A program made the position numbers and the translations under genes. Below the pieces are notes generated by a model. It saw only the letters and a list, made by a program, of their open reading frames with translations, was not told the DNA's origin and did no database searches. Positions 37,586 to 52,336 of a stretch of DNA of 64,000 nt are shown here, piece by piece; the stretch's first letter is position 1; the number at the start of each line of letters is the position of its first letter. Origin of the DNA: Saccostrea cucullata (Eukaryota); the NCBI RefSeq assembly GCF_032062105.1, contig NW_026935291.1, forward strand, positions 496,001-560,000. The letters run 5' to 3'.

Positions 37586-40500
37586 TTATCTGAGTGGGGA
37601 GGTCATGGATATAGATCCTAAAGAAGATTCCTCTTCACGCTCCACTGCCTGCTGTTTTAATTCCTGGAGAGTTCTAACAAAGCGTGACCACTCGTCCATC
37701 TTAGGATTGGCTGTGTTCTGAAATACAAGTACCAAACACGACAATTTATCCAACAGTGTTTCTTGAGTTATTTAATTTTTTTAAAATCAATTAATAAAAG
37801 ATTTGCTTTCTCACTACACATTTATTTATATTCTGATGTCAAACTTAACCTCTGGAAGCATAACTTCACCATCATACATTTTTTTTCAAAATATCCCATA
37901 CAACAATAAAAAAAAGTAGCTAAGATTCTAGGATAAATTGAACTTTCAACACCACTAATTGGTCTGACAATTAACACCTCCTGGGTTTGAACCAGTATGA
38001 AACTTGATCATTAAGTTTTACCTCAGCCACATCATAAATGTGAATCCTTCCTACATCATCTCCTACAGCAATGTTGGTTCCACTTCCGTGCCATCTACAG
38101 TGATTCAGGGCCACGCCCCCCTCCACTACAACTGATGCTGTCGGAACCTACATGTAGATTTATAAACCAAAAACATTACTTTCTAATATACTTATTGTGA
38201 ATTTCTTGATTCGGCCTACTTCCTTCATGTAAAATCTAAATGATGAAAACAGAAATAAATCTTTGGGTTCAATTTCTTTTAGAATTCAAAACAATACATG
38301 TAGGAATGAACACGTCATAAATACCTTATATTTTGCCAGAATTTTTTTCTTTAAGAAAACCTCACGTAATAATTTGTAATTGGCATTATTTTAATATTAT
38401 CTATGTTTCCCATATTCTTGAATTATTTTAGTACAAAACTTCTTAACCCGAATTTCCCATGAACAAATTTATATTATCCTGTATATATTCATGATAATCC
38501 TAAAGACATAGTAAGCTCACCTCCGTTTCATTGTTAAGATTCCACAGGTCTAGACGTCCATCACCGTCTACACTGGCAAACAAAGCAGGGTGGATAGGTG
38601 ACCATTGAACATCATACACATAATCACTGTTGTCTTCAAACGAATGCAAGAACTTTTGATCCTAAATAAAAAAAGTTTCCATGAAATAAATACATGTAAA
38701 TGTGAGTTTAAGGTAAGAAACTGGTTAAAGTGAATTATGTATACCATAAATGACAATCCATGAAATCTGTTATTGTATCTCACTTCTGTTATAGTTTTCT
38801 ACTCACTGATTGAATCAAATTTTGATTCCACAGAATTATGAGCCAGAGAGAAAAGTACAATTCTAGTATTCAAGATTAATGTGAATAAATTAACAACATT
38901 TTTAAAACAATTTTACAGCAAAAATATTCTACAATCCAGATTATTTTTTTAACATGTAAAATCAAAAGCAATGCAAATTTCAAAGTTCCAAATACATGTA
39001 TTCATTTTTGATTGTTGTGCTCCAGCAAAATAACTCAAAGCTGTGAAGACTGGTGTTAAATACAAAACTGCACTTTAGAGGTGCTCTCCTGGTGAATCTC
39101 TTGCTTTTTTTTTTGTACAACCACAAAAAAATTCTGTCCACCCTGCATTTTGATTCCATACATTTTGATCTACCCACCTTAATGCTCCAGAGCTTGAGTG
39201 TCCAATCAAAGCTGGAGGTGAGGAAGTAGGGGGAGAAATCAATCTGCCCCGGCACATTGTGACAGTCTATCCCCGTGATGGGCCCCATGTGTCCCTCAAA
39301 GGCCTCACTTATACCAGTCTTACTGTCAAAGAAAAAAAAAATTAGACTTGTTAGACATCAAGATTTAGAATTTCCTGAACCTGTTCAACAGAGTGAGCAC
39401 TCGCAAACTCGTCTTTTGGTATTATAAGGAATTTTGGTCGCTCAAAAACATTCGCTCTGTTGAACAGGCCTCTGGAATACATGAAATCAAAAACAATGTT
39501 GTACATTGATTAAAATCAAAAACTCCTTTGCCAAAAGTCATGTATTGATTGTACATATTCTTACCCTCCATGTCTACAGGCTGTGTACACAGTACAGTCC
39601 TCACTGCCCACTACAAAGTTATTGACGTCTCCGGACAGAAACGAGAAACAGGTGACTGCCACAGCTTTACTCTGTTTGTGTTGAAGCTCCATACTGTCCT
39701 GTTGTACATAGTTATACATTTACTTAATGCCCACTTATTGTTAAACATTGAGGTCATAACAATTCACTTCCTTATTAATGTTTACTAATTTTCTTTACAA
39801 GTACATTGTAACTAGTCACTAGTCAGGTTTACTGTGGAATCATCATTGTTTGTGGGGGGGACCAAAGTTTGTGGATTTCATGGGTCACTCTTACCCACAA
39901 ATTTACACCCCCAACAAACAATTATTTTGTCAACATATTAATTCATTGAATTGTCAAAATATACAATTTATCCACAAAATTACAGTAAGTCCCCACGAGC
40001 CAACAAAATTTTGCTCACACATGAACATTGACCCACACAAATTAAAATGATTCCACAGTACTTACATTTCATGTAGTAGCTGGTACACTGTGGCTTACAG
40101 CCTTTTATATAGACATAATTCATTTATTTAAAATTTCTTTACACTTTACAGTCTAAAGATGAGAGACTTCATAGATCTATAAACACATGTGTGTAAGTTT
40201 ACCTGTGGCTGTGACAGCATGTCCAGGCTCCAGGAACACATTTTACCGTCAGTGGACACACTGATCAGATTATGGGCATTCTGTGTGCCCACAACATTAA
40301 TACAGTACACAGGGTGCTAAAAATAGAATAATCTGCCATTATATGCCAGAAAAAAGACCACAAATTAGTATGGCCTGCATAAAAATCTTGCCCTCAATCA
40401 TGCTTTAAACTCTACATAAACTCATCATAATTACAGAAAACTCAAGTTTAGAATTATAGAGTTGCATGCTATATTGTTGAAGAAAGCTTACAGTGTGGGC

Positions 40501-43500
40501 GGCTGCTGAGAGGGGGGTCCTCTGTATGGGGGTTCTCTTGTTGACCCTGTTGTCCCATAGAACAATCTGTCCAGAGTAGGTCCCTCCCACTACCAGGTTA
40601 GGGTGGAACTCGGCAAAACAGCTCGACATCACAGGGGACTAAGATTAAAACAAATGAGACATATTTATTACAATTTTAAAATAAGAAAAATTACTTTGTG
40701 TTTTTTTAATAACATTTTGTCATATTATTTGTTTGAGAAGATGGTGAATTTGATGTCTTAAGGTTATTTCCCTTTAAAACGTCAGCTATTCACTGTACAT
40801 TTTAGAAAGAGGCTGCATGCTTTTTCTTAGGAGTAAAACAGCTAAAAATTTTCAATGCTTTTACCTGGCAATGGAAGACATATTCTGGAGTGGTCTTTTT
40901 AAATCTAGAGTTCCAGATGAGGGTCACTCCATCAGGGTCATTAGGGGAATCCTCATTAGCATTGTAGGAGGCAACCAGCAGCTCTGGGTGCTGTAAAAAG
41001 AATTAATTGTTCAAACAAATTCTTTTCATACTATTTCTCTTGAATATTCCATTATTTAACTGATACAGAATATACTGTATATTGATCTATATTACCACTA
41101 AATATTGTAAAAGATAACAGAAGAACATATTGATGGTACCTGTTTAGACCAGTCTAGGCTAGTTACTGTGCGATGTTTGGACCACCTCTCATCAAAGAAA
41201 TTCCTCTGAAGTTTCAGTCTTTCTCCCGCTCGCAAGTCACTAAAATGTAAATACCAATACATACTTGTACAATCTGATTTATGTTGACTATAAATCTAAG
41301 ATCAAAGTTTTGTGCAGAAGAACTCCAAGAAATCAAAAGCCATCTTCACCCCTGCTCTAACAACAGTTAACTGATGTTTTCTGCCCACCTTTTGTAACCA
41401 CATTTGATTTCTACGTATTATGCACTTCTACGTACTATGCACTAAGACTCATTTACAATCTTTTCCTAAAGCAAGTTTCTCAGTTTCTCTTTCTAAGATC
41501 AAGCTATCTGGCTTCATGTTAACCTAATCTGCAAGTCCTTACAAACTTATACACTGTAGATACACACCTTTAGCCTTTACACCTATTCTCTTTAAATGCC
41601 TACCTCTCCATGTCCTCTCCCTCCCCTCCAGCGTAATCTACGAATATATCAATGTCCTCGTCCAGAGCTCGCTCCACAACCCGCGTCGTCTTGTTAAAAA
41701 AACTCTGGAATTCCTCCGTCAACATGATTTGTTTCTTCTCCTCCTCGCTCAGCTCAATAACTATCAATATATAACACTCATTTTAAGTACCTGTTACTTA
41801 AGATACGTAACACTCAGATCGATCACAACATGTAATTCTTAAAATTAGATTCTACACCTACCAGAAGATGTTTACTGCATTCACTAAAAGTTTATGAATT
41901 TTTTTTTTTTTATACAATGTACTTACCCACAGGCACTGTAAGTAAACTATGAAAGTTTACATACCACCCCCACCCTTAACCTTTACATTCTTTAATAATT
42001 TATGTGTTTTTATATTTGGATATTTGGGATCAATAAAAATAGTTTTGTCATATTAGATATACATACAGTGGTGTTTTGAGTCAACATGAATTGTGGGACT
42101 TATTCCTTTTGTGGGCTATTTCTGAAGAAAGGGTATGATTTGAAATATAGCTTAGGAACTCTGCCATATATATAAATATTACTCAAATGTACAGCAGAGA
42201 AAATCACATATACCTGGTACACTTACTAGAAAAAACTTTTTTTTTTAATTTAAGAAGACTATGCACAACAAATTAAAGATATGTTTAGTACATCAAGAAA
42301 GAAAAGAGACTTTTTTGGCATTCCATTCTTAAATAATGTTCTTATTCATAAATGACAGATTTTTTTTCATTTGATGCATGATTGAAGGAACAGTACAAAG
42401 AATTAGGTGTAAATGGAAAATTGCTGTAAATAAGCAACTGATTTTTCTTCTTTTTTTCAATGGCAACATTTAAGAACATGTGAGCATAAAAAGCAATATA
42501 GCAAAATCATTGATTTCTTTTAGCAAAATTTTGCGGCAAACACAAATTAAAATTTTTGCTTGCTTTTATGCTCTATTAATGAAGTGATGGAAGCCATCTT
42601 CACCATTTGTGATGTAAAATACAAAGTATATTTACACCAACATTCATGCACCAGACATTAAATGGGTTGAGAGTAATATTAGTAAATTAAATCTAAAGAA
42701 GGGGATAAGCTTCTATATTATTATGAGGATATACCTTTCATTTTGGGTTGACCTAATTAACAAAAAAAGTAATTAATTATTTTTTTTGCTCCATGCCTTT
42801 CAAATACACCAATATGTTCTAAGCCATGTGCATGCAAATTATTTTCACTTATAGTGCCTTAACTTACACAAATATACTACTCCAGAAATTGAATCATTAA
42901 ATGGAATTAATACAATTTCAGATTAAATGTAATACATGTATACCATTTATTAGTAAAGATATAATTTATGGGTCATATCATTAACAACAAATAACCATGA
43001 TTTAGCAATGGTTTTTTTGAAGCTCATGCATATTAAAAGAACATGTTGCTTTTGAGGCAAGTACTTACCTGGTTTTTCCTCCTGTTTCTGTATGTCCCCA
43101 GCGGTCTGGGTGGGGTGGACCATCTCCACATGGGGCATCTTGTGGGTGGGAGCAGCGGGGTGGACATCAATTGAATCTGTGTCTTCATCTGAGTGACCAC
43201 GAGGGTCATCATAAGTAAGAACTAAGTGTTAGTAATTCAACGCTGCTGTCCATGAACAATAGAACTGATAGGTATTTGGAAAGTTAAAACATTGATATAT
43301 CAAATAGAATAAATAATATTGCAGCACATGTAAAGCATTTTCACAAAAAAATCTGATAGCATTTTTTCTTTTCTTCATGAATTTTAGTTTGACAATTTTA
43401 TTTCTGTTTAACAATTTTTGGCATAACAATCCATCAGATTGTTGGATGTAAAGTCTCTAGCGTTTTTACCTATAGTAATCTGGCATACTGTATTTAACTT

Positions 43501-46500
43501 ACAAAACTAAGTAATATCATATAGTACATATACCAAACATTTTCAAAAACAAGACATTTAATGACTGAAAATGCAAAAAGCTCTACAATTTGTAATCTTT
43601 AAATGCAATTACACCAAACAATTTCAAGTGCCAATGCAATACAAGCTACAATTCATCACAAACAGCCACAAATCCTCATCACAAAATAAATACCCTTAAA
43701 AGAAACTTCAAAATGATTTTACATGCATCCCTATATATGCAAGTATTATCAGTATGGTATATATGGTAATATATTTTGAATTTTTTTTTCAAGTATGTGA
43801 GCACGGAAAATGCACCTTCCATAGAAAAACCTGATATTTAATTTATGTGCACTCATGCTAACATATAAAAACATGGAATACATAAAAACAACTTAAAAAC
43901 ATGCACTGTTTTTTATCTTCTAAAATGAAATAAACTTCATACGCAATACATATTGAGTTCAGCTTAACTGACTTCGTGCAATATCTTGATAAAAAATGGC
44001 AAAGTGAACTTAATAAATACATGGGCAATATAACTAAATAGCTTAAAGTTTCAATGTTAGAAACTGCAATATATTTAATGAATTAAAGGCATTTCAAAAA
44101 TGTTTAACATAAAATGATTAAAGATATTATTCACATGCTGAAGCAATTCTGTTTCTCTGAACAGCCTCAATACCAGCCTATTGGTGAATATAATTAATGC
44201 TGCTTTTGCATTAATACATTGTAAATGATATTTATAACCAATGTGCACATCACTTTATCAACAACAATTACAACAGTGACAAGCAAAAGACACATCCAAA
44301 AAGTGCATCCATAGATTTGTAACAACAAATTCTAAGAACTTCTAGTAAAACACAACATCCAGGCAGAGAAAAATCTCATCACGAAACCTAGTGGCTATAC
44401 ACATACTATAATGAAAAACGAAAGAAAACAGAGTAAAGGCGTTTCTCTGTTTTCTTGGTGAAAAGAAAAATCAATGACAACATGGACAATATGGCACCTT
44501 CGTCATAAAATTCAAATTCGTCCTCCCATTCCATATCATGGTGGAGAAATTTGGGGGAGCCATGATGTGGGGAGGAGTGGCTATGACGAGGTGAACTAAA
44601 GCGAGAAGACGCACCTATTTATGTGTTCCCGGTGGCAGTGAAAGAAAAACCACAGCCTGTTAACGCAATGGTTATATATCTCCCAGATTTAGAAAAATTG
44701 TCAAAATGTGGTTATAAATTGCCATTTTGTTTTATCAGGATATTTCAAACAGAACTAAATAATTTAAATCAAGATTTTAAAACCAAAAAAAAAATTATGC
44801 AATAAAATACACCTTCCAATAAATAGAAAATTGAGTAGAAATTTTTATTTTGTTATTGATCCCTATCATAAACAAAGATACAACAAAGGGATATAACTCT
44901 GCAGCAGATATAAAATGTCTGGTGGCAGATCTAACAGAAAACGTACCCCTGACAAGACTGGAAATGCTACATGTTTCATCAGAGTGTTCATCTAGAAAAA
45001 GAAAACGCCACCATAACTTAAACCACGAAATGCTGTATTTCCAAAATCAAGGAATACAAATCTATTTAAGTTTTAACTATAATTTTTTGTGTTACAAAAT
45101 TTTTTGCTCTAATTAAAATTTCAGAGAATATAAGTAAGTAGAATATATAACTTAACAGAAACATGTATACCTAAAGTAAATTAGAACTAAAATAAAGATA
45201 AGCATTTATTTACTTTAGTCCTTAAATGTCTATTTACTATTAGATATATATTAATTAGGTTTATTTTACCTAAATATATGAGCTATAACATCACATAAAC
45301 TGATATAAAATTAAATCACTGTCAGCCAAGTTTCTATAACCAATAACAGAAAGCAGGAAGAGAAGCTAGGCAGAAAACAATGGAAAATGAAGGAACAAAC
45401 TTAAAAAAAAAAAAACAGTTAAGCACAGAAAGCCGACAACAAAAACACAAGCAATGGAGAAATGAGCGGCCATACAGTGTCATATATATGATGGAAGGTG
45501 CATTTTAAGTTTGGCTCCCTAATATGGCAATAATCCTTATAAACTAATCTACTCAACCTCACAATGTTTGACTATAGTCCACACAACTGAAGTAGTCAAT
45601 TTATGTCATGGACCATTTATTCATGCAAGTTCAGTGTCACTATTTATGATCAAACCAATTTTCAATTTAAAAAAAGAGAGAGATATTAAAAAGTGATATG
45701 ATCTATAAACTTAAGGTAAAATTTCATATAAGTGAAGAATTTTTTTTAAAGCAATTAATTCACCGGTTAAAAAATAATTTAAGTTTAATTTGTTGCCACA
45801 GTTACTAAACATATCTATTTGTTTTTCTCGGCCTGATGAGGCCAGGACACCACTCACCGTAATAATCCCACGGCCCTCGAGCTAGCGCAAGCATGAAAAC
45901 AACCAAACAAACATAAATACATGTACTACATGATAATGAGGTCCAATTTAAACTTTCAAAATCAAAATGTGTGACATTCTCAATGCATCTATAGTTATCT
46001 CAGACTCTAAGAAATACAACTCTTCACAAAAAAAATCAATGGTAAAATGTCCCATTCTCAGTCTAAGCCCATTCCTTCTATGACATTAACTTTCATAAAC
46101 ATGATAAATATGCCATTCTATGCAAGCATGTAAATGAACATGTATCACTCAAAATAAAAAAAAAATATTGCCTTGCTATTATAAGTTTGAAATATACACA
46201 TGTAATGTTTTTCTGAGCAAAACAATTTTCAACTTCACATGCTGAATAAAAGTGATGAAAATATTAAAAGATGCTAATTGTATGACCATATGTATTTTAA
46301 ATTTGAATTGAATTTTTGGTATGCTTCACAATCAGTGGTAAAACAGACCCAGAAAGGTGTTGCAGAGTCAAATAAGAAAGATATTATAGAATTATAAAAA
46401 CACTTATGTACCACAAGCATTTTTATGCCAAGAACAGAAACTGTCAAACACATAATAAACTCTTTGTTTACTTAAAATTATACAACATGATAAAAAATAA

Positions 46501-48756
46501 GATTTTCAAGATTTCATGGATAGCACTGAAATTTACATAAAAGCAAAGCTTTCCGATATTCTTACAAATAATGCAACAAAATACACCAACTAACTTCTGA
46601 AACAAAAATTGAAAAATCCTACCTCCATATCTATGTCCTGGGCAACCAAAATTATTAAAACTGATCATAAATTCATTGGAAATTTCAAGAACATTATGAT
46701 AAATGCATAATTTGTTCTCCTTGAAAACATTTCAAAACAAACATCGACACCAGGGATTTAGACAATAATATTGGTTATAAACATAAACAAGTACAGTGAA
46801 ACATTGTTATATCAAGCTCAACGGGACTGGGGAAAAAGGTTTAAAAAAATCCAAGGATTCAAGATATCAAAAGTAATATACTTATGTGTTTGGGACTTAC
46901 AAATCACTTCGACATTATTATTACATTTGAGACATCAGTGTTGAAGATACAGAAGTTCAACTGTATATATACAAGTGTTAACCTAGCAATAACCAGGACC
47001 TGGGTATACAGTCAATACTTGCCTTCTTTCTCGGCAGTTTCTACAATAACAGTCTGGGTCTCTTTGCTGTAGGACACATTCTCTCGAGGAGGGATGTTGG
47101 TTTCCGCTACTTTTACCAGTGATAACTTAGCTCTTTGTCGACTAGTGCTGTGACGATCAAGAGAAAATCAAATCTTACATTTTACAATTTAGCATAAAAA
47201 TACAAGGAACTTTTTCTTTTTCTTTATTACAAAAGATAAAGATGAAAATCAAGATGTCCAGTGTTAATCTTTATGATTTATAAGACATTAGAACTAATAT
47301 GACTTATTCTGTGCTTGAATGTTATTAATTTTTCTTACTTTGATAAAGCCTCTTTATAACTAATTTAATACATGTAGCTTCTTTTGAACTTACATTTGAG
47401 TGGGGGCTGCTACAGAAGGTGCACCTTCAGAAGGGGTTGGAGATTTTTGAACACTTACTGGCTGGGCTGGTGTTGCTGAAGAAAAACATTATCTCTTATC
47501 ATTACCTCCCCAGAAAATGAATTGAAATTACATTCACAAAATCTGAGACATCTTCAAAAAATTTTCAGAAAGGATTTCTTTAAGTATGACAAGAACTGAA
47601 TATTTACGTGATGCTTCAGGGATCCCTAAATCGGACAGTAACTTATCTGTCTCTTGTCTTAAGTCTGTCTGGCTGCTGCTCTGTCCAGACTTCTTATCTT
47701 CTCCACTCTGAAAAAAATGCTTGTCTTATCAACAGAATAACTTCAAAATGTCTAATTCTTACATAAATTATTGAAATTAATGACACCCTCTCAAATACTG
47801 ATCTATATATACAATACCTCACTATTTTTGAACAGGTTCTTTAATCTTTTTTCCCTGTGCATTGTGCAGTGTAAAAGTGAAGAAAGACCAAATGTAAAGT
47901 GCGATGTAAAAGACCAGATGTTAATACCCCTGACAAGACTTTCAATTTTTCCTTTACTAGAGTGAGTACATCAAGCTGCACAAATCGCTCTGATACTTCA
48001 AGTTCTTACGTGACAGCATAGGTAAAGAGGAAAATCAGACTGAACAAATTGATCCTACTGATCAAATTTTAGCAGCTGTAGCCTCTATTGCCACAATGTA
48101 ACATAAATGCATCTCACTGCTCATTTGATTTTCGTTGTTTTGCATTAACAACAATTAAAAGTCATCAAACCTTAACCTAATGGATGTTACAAATAAATTG
48201 CACATATCAATTAAAAATCCTTCTTTAAAAATTTGCACTTTTCAGACTTTTTATGAAGTTTTGTGATGGAATTCTTCAGAAATATTCTCTTATTTTCTGC
48301 ATTGCAAGTGAATGGGACATAATTCTGACTGTGATGTTGGCTTGTCTTAAAAAATGATTAGATTATTCAACTTCTTTTTTTATGATACATGAAGTAAATG
48401 AACAATCATTGATCTGACATTGACTGTCAGACAGTGACACATAGTACTTTATGCCTTAAATTCTTTCATCCCACTTCACACCAAATATACTATAGTCATA
48501 TATCCTTAAAGTAATATTAATCTTTTTATTGCACATATTTTGAATTAAAAAAAAAACAGCTGAAAAATGAATTGCTTAAACTGAGAAAGTTTATTTACTT
48601 TGATTGTATGTAGGCACTAACTTAGTTTTGATAAATAGAATGAGAGATGACTCATACTTCTTTAAGCTTGCGTTGTCGATTCTTTTCCTCTCTTTCTTTT
48701 CTCATCTGCTCCAACTTGAGCTTTTTTCGCTCAAGTTCAGCCTTTCTGTCGGCCAT
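37586..48756 (-). CDS. DYNC1I: Cytoplasmic dynein 1 intermediate chain (WD40), complete, ~671 aa with all exons
   Basis: Exons 48756-48658, 47707-47608, 47475-47394, 47141-47023, 45881-45858, 44614-44498, 43221-43069, 41760-41604, 41239-41140, 40990-40865, 40638-40492, 40316-40203, 39698-39565, 39322-39178, 38661-38521, 38147-38022 and 37717-37586 (sum 2016 nt, in frame). Motifs [71 protein letters not shown] and [12 protein letters not shown]. Confidence 0.96.
39380..39468. mobile_element. Tiny intronic inverted-repeat element
   Basis: CCTGTTCAACAGAGTGA ... TCGCTCTGTTGAACAGG. Confidence 0.5.
39832..40058. mobile_element. TA-flanked MITE in a dynein intron
   Basis: TA|CTGTGGAATCAT ... ATGATTCCACAG|TA. 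Confidence 0.8.
46794..46963. mobile_element. Tigger/pogo-like MITE relic
   Basis: TA|CAGTGAAAC ... GTTCAACTG|TA with degenerate TIRs. Confidence 0.55.
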
Positions 48757-49169
48757 TTTCAGACAGATTTCTTAAATTATCAATCAATATTATGCTGATG
48801 AGCCAACACCAAATTTTCACGGAAGTGATAAAAAATGAGTATTTTTCAAAATGAAATTGGGTGGAAATATTTTATCCGGATGCGGATCTCAGGGCAGTTT
48901 ATAGGCCACCCAAACTTTTTCTTTGTTGTGCAGACGGATTTGTCATGAGGTTATGAAATTGAAGTAAACATAAATTAACTTATGTTTAAAAGTGGTGTAC
49001 ATTCTATTTATTCATTTATTTCATTTCATTTTCATTTGTTTTATTTAGTTAACGTTACATGTACCAGACGAGAAGAATTCCCAAATGATGAGGATCTACA
49101 AATTATAGAACTGTTCTTCAAATTTTGTGTTTTTATGCTTCAGTCATCGAAACTAGAATCGGAGTATAT

Positions 49170-51858
49170 ACTTTTGCCCTGTTCGTCCCTCTAGCAGTCT
49201 GTCAAGCTGTTTGTTTAGCAATACTCCTGTCTGTCCGTCTGATAGTATTTAAAATTGTCTGCAAAAAAAAAAATAATAATAATTTTTAAAAATACCATAA
49301 TAATTTTTATTGGTTGGAGCTATGGCTTTCATATTATATTTCACATGTGTATTTCTTCTGACAAGACCTTTCTTTGGTTACCAGCATATTTGACATATTG
49401 ACTTTGGAGTCTGACTCACATAAAAATTTGCAAAAAAATTACTTGAAAACTTCTTGCCCATATAACCTTAATTTAAACAGTTGTTGCTGGGGCTTTCATA
49501 TTTCAGTATTTCACTTGTGTATATTTATTCTGACAAGATCTTTAAATGACAGATATATAAATATTTTAAACCTTTTGACCCTGGCCTTCCTTAGGGTTTG
49601 ACCAACTTATAATTTTTTTACTTTTTTTTTTACCTTGGCCATAACTTTTGAACAGTTAGTACTACGGCTTTCAACTTTCCCATGCATATTTCTTATGACA
49701 AAACCTACTTTGGATATGACCAATTTCGACCGTTTTACCTTGAAGTTTGGTCTTCTTTTGAAAAACTTTAATAATTTTCATAACACTTGAACGGTAATTG
49801 TTGTAAGATTTTTAAAAAAATATATTTTGCATGTATATATCTTCTTACATGGTTTTAATGATAATACATTAAATTTTATGCCTTGACCTTGACCTCTTTC
49901 GCTAATAAACCGTTAAACTGTGTTTAGCCCAGTGAATGAAAAAAGTGAAGATAACATATATAGTGATATATACATTATACATGTATTTTTAAAAATCTAG
50001 CTATGAACAATACAAATCCGTAAATACCAGTGGTGGGATCAGGTGGCGCCAAGGCAATGGAAACGCATCCTGTTGAATGATCACACCTGCAATATGTCCT
50101 CTGTATTTTTCAGATAGAGGGAAAATTCACTTGCTAAATTTAGTTGTCAAAATTTTAAAAAGAAAAAAAAGACAATTGTTGTGAAACGTCAGCCAAAATA
50201 CGACCCAATTTTAGGTCATATTTGATAACTATAAGTCATAATATAAAATACAGAATTCTCAGAATGTTGGCTCTAATTATAAACAAGGCTGTTGACTGTA
50301 ACCTCAAATTATTTGTGAATAGCCTGCCTCGGTTGAAAATCCGAGCATGCTCTTGGGTATCGAATAATTGAGTTGAGAGACATAAACACCATGCATGTGC
50401 AGGTGTATAGCTGAATATTACTACATAAATAAGGAACAACTAAAGTCAGCTCATATGTCATACGGTTTAGTTGATGATTGTCCCTTATCGTATAGATCTA
50501 TATAGTCAAAACACATCTAAATATTTGGGTGTGCAATTGAATTATCATACTTGAAGTTTGAATTAGATTGGTCACGTCGAGCTTACAGGGTTAGATAAAA
50601 AAAACCTGATGCAAGAGTTTGCAAAAATAAAAACTCATACGAAAAGGCGGTACATAGCTTTTGCCGTATCCGTCCATCTGTCTGCCTGCTTGTCCGCAAA
50701 AAAAAAAACAAAAAACAAAAAAAACATTAACCTAGCCCATAACTTTTAAAAGACTGTAGTTACGGTTTTCACCGTGAAACGTTTCGCTTTTATTTTCTTG
50801 TGACAAGACAAGACCTTTCTTTGGGTACCAACAAATTTTACCTCTTGGCTTTGCCATTGGTGTTTTGTCGACTTTTTAAATTTAAAAAATACCAGCCATA
50901 TCTTTTGATCAGTTAAAATTGTCATTTTTCACATGTGTATATTTATGAAGACAAGGTATTTCCTTGGGTATGAATGCTTTTGACCTTGGTGAATCATATG
51001 GAGATAATGAACGGTATTCAAGATCAAAAGTCCATAAAACCGTACAAAATAGGAGCCGAGCAAACACGGACCTCCAAAACATCAGAGGTGGGATCGGGTG
51101 CCATGGAGGAGTAAGTATCCCCTGTCGACCGGTCATATCCGCCTTGTGCTCCTTGTCATGATCGGGAAATAACTGAAAAATCCGTCGTCAATTCAGTGTA
51201 TAAATATTGGTCTAGCAATTAATTTAGTATGAAAAACGTCAGTCCGCATTTGACTCAATGATACATTGAACATATATATACGCTGACAAGGTCATTGTAT
51301 CGACCATAGAACTTACGAAATGATGACTTTAAACTAGATTGCTGATATTTTTGTTTCATCAACTTATTTGTCTATTATTTACCTCGTTTTAGAAATTGTT
51401 CATACTTACGTACAGCAGACTTTTGCGTATCGAATCAACTGAGATATATAAACTCCATATGCAGGTGATGAAGGTATATTGCTGCATAAGTGAGGGAAGT
51501 TGACGATTGGAAAGTTAAAGTCATCAAGTTTATCATAGAGCTTGGTTGTTTGATTACCAAGTACGTATTTTTAAAGTAAAATATCCAAATATGAAACAGA
51601 TGTGTCAGACTCTGTGGAATCTAAGAGTTTGACCTACGTTTGAAAAACGTTAGCCAAAACTTTTAAACGGAAAACTAGTGCTTGGATTTTCAATTCATAT
51701 TCCACTTGTATATATATATTGAGACCAGTCCTGTCTTTATGTAACAATATTTCTGATTTCTTGACTTTGGAATTCTACTTGAGCAACTTCAACCTTTGCT
51801 TTTTAAAGCTACAGTACCATAGGGGTGTATAAGTGTTTCAGGAACACTTTTTGTTCTT
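49170..51858 (+). mobile_element. Cluster of decayed HINE-like satellite elements upstream of the dynein gene
   Basis: GTCT/GTCC micro-repeats at 49228 and 50670, recurrent TGACAAGACCTTTCTTTGG / TTGACCTTG / GCCATAACTTTT motifs and a HINE-type 3' end at 51820-51855. Boundaries approximate. Confidence 0.5.
50992..51620 (-). mobile_element. Penelope-like retroelement 3' fragment
   Basis: High similarity to 17600-18170 (GGAGATAATGAACGGTATTCAAGATCAAAAGTCCATAAAAC ... GTCAGACTCTGTGG). Confidence 0.85.
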
Positions 51859-52336
51859 AATAAAGCACTAAAAAAATTTTGTTTCATACGTTCATATGCA
51901 AGTAAATTGCATTTGTAATTTGAATGCTACAAGAATCTGAGAAATTGGAACTTATATCTGACTTGTAAAATGGTACACTCCTGCACTGTACACATGTTTC
52001 TAAATTTCAGAAGTGTTTTTAATTTATAATGTTTGCAGATCAAAATACGGAACAGATGGATTAACATTGGGATAAATTTTTAATGTATGGTATATATCTC
52101 AAGGTAGATTTCACATGTACTAATTCTCACACTTCATTGTTTCTAATACACATTCTGAAGCAGAAATAAAGAAAATCAGTTCAAACTATTGAATTTATTT
52201 TTTTTTATAAAACGAATTTTCAACAAGAATTTAAATGAAAATGGTGTTTGGAGTCAGATTAACTGCAAATAGTCCTTGCTTTAAATAAGCCACATAAAAA
52301 CATTCTTTCTTAATTGATTGCTGGTTGGTTGTCAAT

